A stretch of 40,989 nt of DNA from Candidatus Jordarchaeia archaeon. GTDB lineage: Archaea; Asgardarchaeota; Jordiarchaeia; Jordiarchaeales; Jordiarchaeaceae. The DNA lies in contig JAHQXB010000179.1 of the NCBI GenBank assembly GCA_029856435.1, positions 1-40,989 of the forward strand, in the 5' to 3' direction. The stretch's first letter is position 1, and each line of letters begins with the position of its first letter. Below the pieces are notes generated by a model. The model did not search any database. It was not told where the DNA came from and saw only the letters and a list, made by a program, of their open reading frames with translations. The position numbers and the translations under genes are program-made. Shown one piece after another: positions 36,510 through 40,989 of this stretch.

Positions 36510-38105
36510 TTGATGTTCAAAATTGAATTAAATCACTTTATGGAGGAAATTTTTGTGGACAAATTCCCTTGGTGGAATGAAACTCAAAAAAAGCTTGCAG
36601 ATGAGGTAGAAGCCTTCGCAGACCAATACTACCCGGACGCAGAAGAAGCCGCTTGGAGGAAGCAAACTCCTTGGAAAGTTCTAAACGCCGTAAAAGAAAA
36701 AGGATGGTTCGGAGCACTAATCCCCAAAAGGTATGGGGGAATGCGGGAGGAATTAGCAATAACAGGTGCCTGCATAATAAACGAGGGAATATCAAGACTG
36801 GGGGTAGTAGGAACAATATATGGGGGATCTCAATTCGGAGGAGTTCATCAAATCGAAACCTTTGGAACCGATGAGCAGCGTGAGAGATGGCTACCGGCAA
36901 TGGCAACCGGCGAAAAAATTGGCGCAATATGCATTACTGAACCGCCAGTAGGTTCAGATGCAGCTGCGGTGGCAACAGAGGCTAAACTGGAGGGAGACTA
37001 TTATGTCCTCAATGGTAAGAAAAGATTTACCACAGGTCTGGGAATCGCAGACATATATATGTTATACGCTAGAACCAGTCAAGACCCCAAAGACAGGGCG
37101 GCAAACAGACATCTAACCGCATTTATTGTTGAAAAAGGTATGAAAGGATTCACAGTGGAAAAAATTAACGAACTATGCGGGGGAGACGGGTTACTTAACG
37201 GATATCTTAACCTAGACGAAGTAAAAGTACCAGTAGGAAACCGTTTAGCTGGAGAGGGAGATGGCTGGACAATTATGATGTCCGGCTTAAACGTGGAGAG
37301 AACCATAGCTTCATCCCAACTACTCGGACAAATGAAGGAATCAATAAGATTCGCTCACTTCCACTCGCAAAGAAGAGTCCAATTCGACCAGCCCACAATG
37401 CTCGCCCAAACCAACCAGTTCAAAATAGCGGACATGATAATGCGCCTCAAAACCTGCAGACTACTCGTCTACTATGCGGCACACCTCCTAGACATTGGAG
37501 GAGGAGGCCCCTATGGACCAGTAATAGAAGCCACAGCTGCAAAACTTATGACCTCCGAATCATACGTTTGGACCTCAGCCAACGCCATGCAAGTAATGGG
37601 TGGAGACGGTTGGACACGTTTTTACCCAGTTGAAGCAGCATACAGAGCCTCTAAAGTAACTGAGATTGCCGCCGGAACGAGTGAAGTTATGCGTATGATA
37701 CTCTACCGCTTGGGCACAAGACTCATGGAAAACGAGATAAAGCCTCCACGGAGAGTTATTCACCCTGAACTTAAGGTTCCCCTTGACCATTTCGATAAGG
37801 TTCCTGATTCAGAAAAAATGAAGATAACTGAGGAAAACGTAATTCAGGTGCTTGCCGAGAACTACCGGGTAAATCCGGGTTTGTACATGTCTCGTGAAGA
37901 CCTTTTAATGTATTTGAAGGGAACCGAGGAAGAACTCGACGAAGTTCTTATGGAGCTAGAGGAAAAGAAGCTTGCGGTCTTGAGTAGAGACCGGAGGGGC
38001 GTGATTAAACTAGCGAATGCCACTTACGCCGGCCTTAAGAAAGCTCATCCGCTGGAATATTATCAGTACTATCCGAAGTGGGTAAATATTAATGAGCTAT
38101 TCTAA
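36510..38105 (+). CDS. Acyl-CoA dehydrogenase with ~130-aa C-terminal winged-helix-like extension
   Basis: ICITEPPVGSD, YVLNGKKRF, GLNVERT, RRVQFDQ, QFKIADM, QVMGGDG, EIAAGTSE; start may be GTG 36555 (GGAGG upstream). Confidence 0.92.
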   Translation: MMFKIELNHFMEEIFVDKFPWWNETQKKLADEVEAFADQYYPDAEEAAWRKQTPWKVLNAVKEKGWFGALIPKRYGGMREELAITGACIINEGISRLGVVGTIYGGSQFGGVHQIETFGTDEQRERWLPAMATGEKIGAICITEPPVGSDAAAVATEAKLEGDYYVLNGKKRFTTGLGIADIYMLYARTSQDPKDRAANRHLTAFIVEKGMKGFTVEKINELCGGDGLLNGYLNLDEVKVPVGNRLAGEGDGWTIMMSGLNVERTIASSQLLGQMKESIRFAHFHSQRRVQFDQPTMLAQTNQFKIADMIMRLKTCRLLVYYAAHLLDIGGGGPYGPVIEATAAKLMTSESYVWTSANAMQVMGGDGWTRFYPVEAAYRASKVTEIAAGTSEVMRMILYRLGTRLMENEIKPPRRVIHPELKVPLDHFDKVPDSEKMKITEENVIQVLAENYRVNPGLYMSREDLLMYLKGTEEELDEVLMELEEKKLAVLSRDRRGVIKLANATYAGLKKAHPLEYYQYYPKWVNINELF

Positions 38106-38328
38106 AAACCCACTCTTCCCCCCTCTTTTAGTTGGAATATGCGGAGATTGGTGCAGACTGTAGATGTGGAGATTACGCTGCAAGTGTAATCGCCGCTCTC
38201 GGCAGAAGTTCGAATCATCCACTAAAATGAGAGAGATAGATGTTACTCTCAGTTCCTTTATTTATTCACTGTCTCTATGTGAAAAATTTTCTACTATAAA
38301 GTTGGGAGCTTGCGTATTTGGCTACTTT

Positions 38329-40095
38329 TCATATGGTTTCAGGATGCATCATCCTTTCCATTAGGCTCTTATCTATCTGTTTCAGTTCTTCCTCCTTCTC
38401 TAATAATTTTCTAATCTTCTCGTCCATAATTCGTTTTCTTTCTACTGCCAGTCTTTCCTCTTCTCCACTTTCTCTTTGTTTCGCCACGTTGATAAAATCG
38501 TCAATTCTTAAAATGGCGTTGGCGGTTTCACCTGCGGCTATAAGTGCGTGCTTTTTGACTTTGTACACCTCCACCAATCCTTTTTCCATCACATCTTCGA
38601 CTTCCCGTTTTAAAGCGTTGACTCCCAGATTTGTGAAGCCGTTATTATGTCTGGCCCTTAACTCCATCAAAACATTAATGGGGTCTAGTCCAGCGTTGGT
38701 TGCGAGGGTCTTCGGAATAGCTTCCATGGCAGACGCAAAGGCTTCTATTGCCAGCTGTTCCCTTCCCTTAAATGTTCTTGAAAATTCTCTTAGTTCACCT
38801 GCCACCTCCATTTCTGTGGCGCCGCCGCCCGCAATGATTTTTCCGCACTCAATTGTAACAGCCACAGCTTTAAGGCTGGCTTTAATAATCCTCTCCAATT
38901 CTTCCATTGCTTGTTCCGTTCCCCCTCGGATAAGGATTGAGGTAGCCTTCGGGTTTTTGCAGCGATCAATAAACAGCATCTCGTCACCCGAGATTTTTCT
39001 AAACTCCACCAAACCAGCTTCGCCCAAGTCTTTTTCGCTTAACTCGTTTATGTTTGAAACGATTTTGCCTCCGGTGGCCTTCTCCAATCTTACCATATCT
39101 TTCTTTCCAGTCATGTCCAGAGCTATTATCCCCTCCCGGGCAAAGCAGCTAAGTATTGATTCACTAATACGCTTACAGCAGAACAAAACTCGTGCACCAA
39201 CACGTTTAACGTTCTCCACGATTCCCCTGTTAAATTCCTTCTCCTCCACAATGAATTCTTTCAGTTGCTCCGGCATCTTAATTAAATATTCTTTTCTCCA
39301 ATCCACGTTTTTCCGCGCGAAGGGTTCAAGTGAACAGTTAAGCAGAGCAATTTTGGCATTCTCAACCCTCCAAGGCATTCTTGGATGAGGCCTGCCTTTA
39401 TATATGATTACTCCATTCATTAATTTCGAATCGTTCAGGCTTCCTCCGCCCTTTTTTGTTAAATCAACATTATCCACATTCACAACTATTTTGCCCAAAT
39501 CTTCCTCCGCAACACGTCTAGCAGCAATAACAACTATTTCGGCAAGATGGTTCTGCAAATCCATAGCTATTCTGCTTCCCATAACTGTTCGTACAACATT
39601 TTTCAATACTTCATCGTCTTCTATAGACACTGGTTTCGACAAGCGTTCTAAAATCTCCAAAGTTTTCTTAATGGCCTCTTCATACCCTCTAATTATAACT
39701 GTGGGATGAATATTTTGACCCAGCAACTTACCTGCTTCCTTAAGCAGTTCAGCTGCAAGTATTACAGCCGTCTTCGTACCATCACCAGCAGTAGTATACT
39801 GTGTCTTCGCAACATCTATGAGAATTCTAGCTATGGGGTGTGTAACATTTAATTTCTCCAATGTTGTCTTTCCCTCACTTGTAATCACCACATCCCCTGT
39901 AGCAGTGACTAACATTTTGCTCATTCCCTTAGGTCCCAGCATCGTTTTCAGAATCTCGGAAATCACGGTTGCGACCATAATGCTCGTTCTTCTAGCCTCC
40001 TTATGTCTAACATGATCCCTAAACAAAGTAGAAATTGCATGAGTGGTGCGTGTTGCTGCCAGGTTAACCACCTCATTTAGGCAACTAAAATCCAA
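38329..40095 (-). CDS. Group II chaperonin (thermosome) subunit, divergent paralog
   Basis: LGPKGM, HP, GDGTKT, GGG..DS, ILIRGG, GGGATE, IPKTLA.NAG, ILRIDD; charged C-terminal tail. Confidence 0.92.
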   Translation of the reverse strand: MDFSCLNEVVNLAATRTTHAISTLFRDHVRHKEARRTSIMVATVISEILKTMLGPKGMSKMLVTATGDVVITSEGKTTLEKLNVTHPIARILIDVAKTQYTTAGDGTKTAVILAAELLKEAGKLLGQNIHPTVIIRGYEEAIKKTLEILERLSKPVSIEDDEVLKNVVRTVMGSRIAMDLQNHLAEIVVIAARRVAEEDLGKIVVNVDNVDLTKKGGGSLNDSKLMNGVIIYKGRPHPRMPWRVENAKIALLNCSLEPFARKNVDWRKEYLIKMPEQLKEFIVEEKEFNRGIVENVKRVGARVLFCCKRISESILSCFAREGIIALDMTGKKDMVRLEKATGGKIVSNINELSEKDLGEAGLVEFRKISGDEMLFIDRCKNPKATSILIRGGTEQAMEELERIIKASLKAVAVTIECGKIIAGGGATEMEVAGELREFSRTFKGREQLAIEAFASAMEAIPKTLATNAGLDPINVLMELRARHNNGFTNLGVNALKREVEDVMEKGLVEVYKVKKHALIAAGETANAILRIDDFINVAKQRESGEEERLAVERKRIMDEKIRKLLEKEEELKQIDKSLMERMMHPETI

Positions 40096-40301
40096 TTTAA
40101 AAACGTTCCAGAATTAGATTAAACTCTCAACTTAAATAATATAAGCTTATTTATCTTCTCATAAGTTAAACTTACCATAAATGCTGCATTTATGCGGCAT
40201 GGAGAGTGGCGAACTGTTTAATATTGCCCTCGCAGAACTGGATTTCCTCTTGGATCTCCTTCAACTACCCTTCAAGCTCTTCCTTATACCAAAAAGGGCT
40301 C

Positions 40302-40671
40302 AAAAACCACATGTTTAGGCAGCACTCCTGTTTGTAGGGATCTGTTTTTGTGGCTGGCTTTGAGAGAAACCATTTTCCCCTCTTTTTTAACACCTTGTTT
40401 AGAAAAATGGAGGTGGGAAGGGATGCAGAGGCAGGCTAAAGGCAAGGCCACCACAAAAATTCAGCCCCCGGAGTGTTGCTTAAACATATGGGACAGACTC
40501 CTTATGGCTGGTTTTTATGGCGTTATCGCCCTGGATCTTTTCCTCTGTACGCCTTCCAGCTCCCATTTTTATACATTTTTATGTCAAAAATGGGGAGAAC
40601 TTCCTCTCAAAAAGTCCAGCTACAAAAAATGAATCCTACAAATAGGAGTGATGCTTAAACATATGGTTTTT
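40302..40671. repeat. ~370-bp imperfect palindrome made of two tail-to-tail copies of repeat family 2
   Basis: Reverse complement of 40307-40357 matches 40616-40666 at 42/51; similarity continues inward to GGAGT(40474)/ACTCC(40497); terminal motif GGAGTG(T/A)TGCTTAAACATATGG at 40470 and 40645 (21/22) and inverted at 40307-40328. Confidence 0.75.
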
Positions 40672-40989
40672 ACTTCGCCTTCCCTCCCAAAAAGGGTAGA
40701 AAAAGGCTTATTTCCGGAAACTAAAAATTCCCGTATGTTCAATTAAAGACACTGGGACATGGGAATTTGTTTGTGGTGACTTTTTGGAAACGTCTCGTTT
40801 CCTGTTTTTCGCTCCACACCGTTACCTGATTTTTAACACCTGTATAGAGTATTTTAGGTGCAGGAACGCGTAATAATTTTGAAAAGTTTTTTGTCATTTG
40901 GTGTCCCGGGCATAAACGGTTAATGAAGTCTTCTTTTCCCCAAAAAAAGCGTTTTTTGCCCTCTTTTTCACGGAGACCAATATAACTAA

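Noticed and set aside
38318-39388. 356-aa + strand ORF
   Set aside because: Antisense shadow of the thermosome gene; Ser/Leu/Phe-rich with no motifs
40348-40658. ORFs of 94 aa and 61 aa near the window end
   Set aside because: Lie inside the non-coding palindromic repeat
1-40989. CRISPR array, tRNA or rRNA genes
   Set aside because: No regularly spaced repeat-spacer series or recognisable structural RNA; the 22-bp motif near 40.3-40.7 kb occurs in mixed orientation, unlike CRISPR repeats

Overview
Gene-dense archaeal window. The evidence for an archaeon is a group II chaperonin, AOR/MoaD, an archaeal-type SCP2, HerA/NurA, TATA-like promoters and frequent TTG/GTG starts; the lineage cannot be fixed from this sequence alone. 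Most of the window encodes anaerobic catabolic enzymes: three Gfo/Idh/MocA dehydrogenases, OYE, SDR, BKACE, FAH, an M24 peptidase, fused TPS/TPP, a GH57-like hydrolase, Fe-ADH, SCP2, DUF362-AOR-MoaD, two ThDP enzymes, IlvD, a GlcD/GlcF-like pair and an acyl-CoA dehydrogenase. The stand-out region is 14.0-20.2 kb. Five small paralogous winged-helix genes are transcribed divergently from a translationally coupled herA-nurA-orphan tandem-winged-helix operon, with no mre11/rad50. The shared AT-rich spacer holds two copies of a 40-bp box (CTATCA-N27-TGATAG enclosing a TATA-like core). Other notable items: two unannotated short inverted-repeat (MITE-like) families, one copy of which replaces the middle of an M24 pseudogene; a ~370-bp imperfect palindrome; a thermosome paralog with substituted ATP-hydrolysis residues; and an acyl-CoA dehydrogenase with a C-terminal winged-helix-like extension. 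No tRNA, rRNA, CRISPR array, integrase or transposase was seen. All family calls come from motif recognition by eye; no database search was run.
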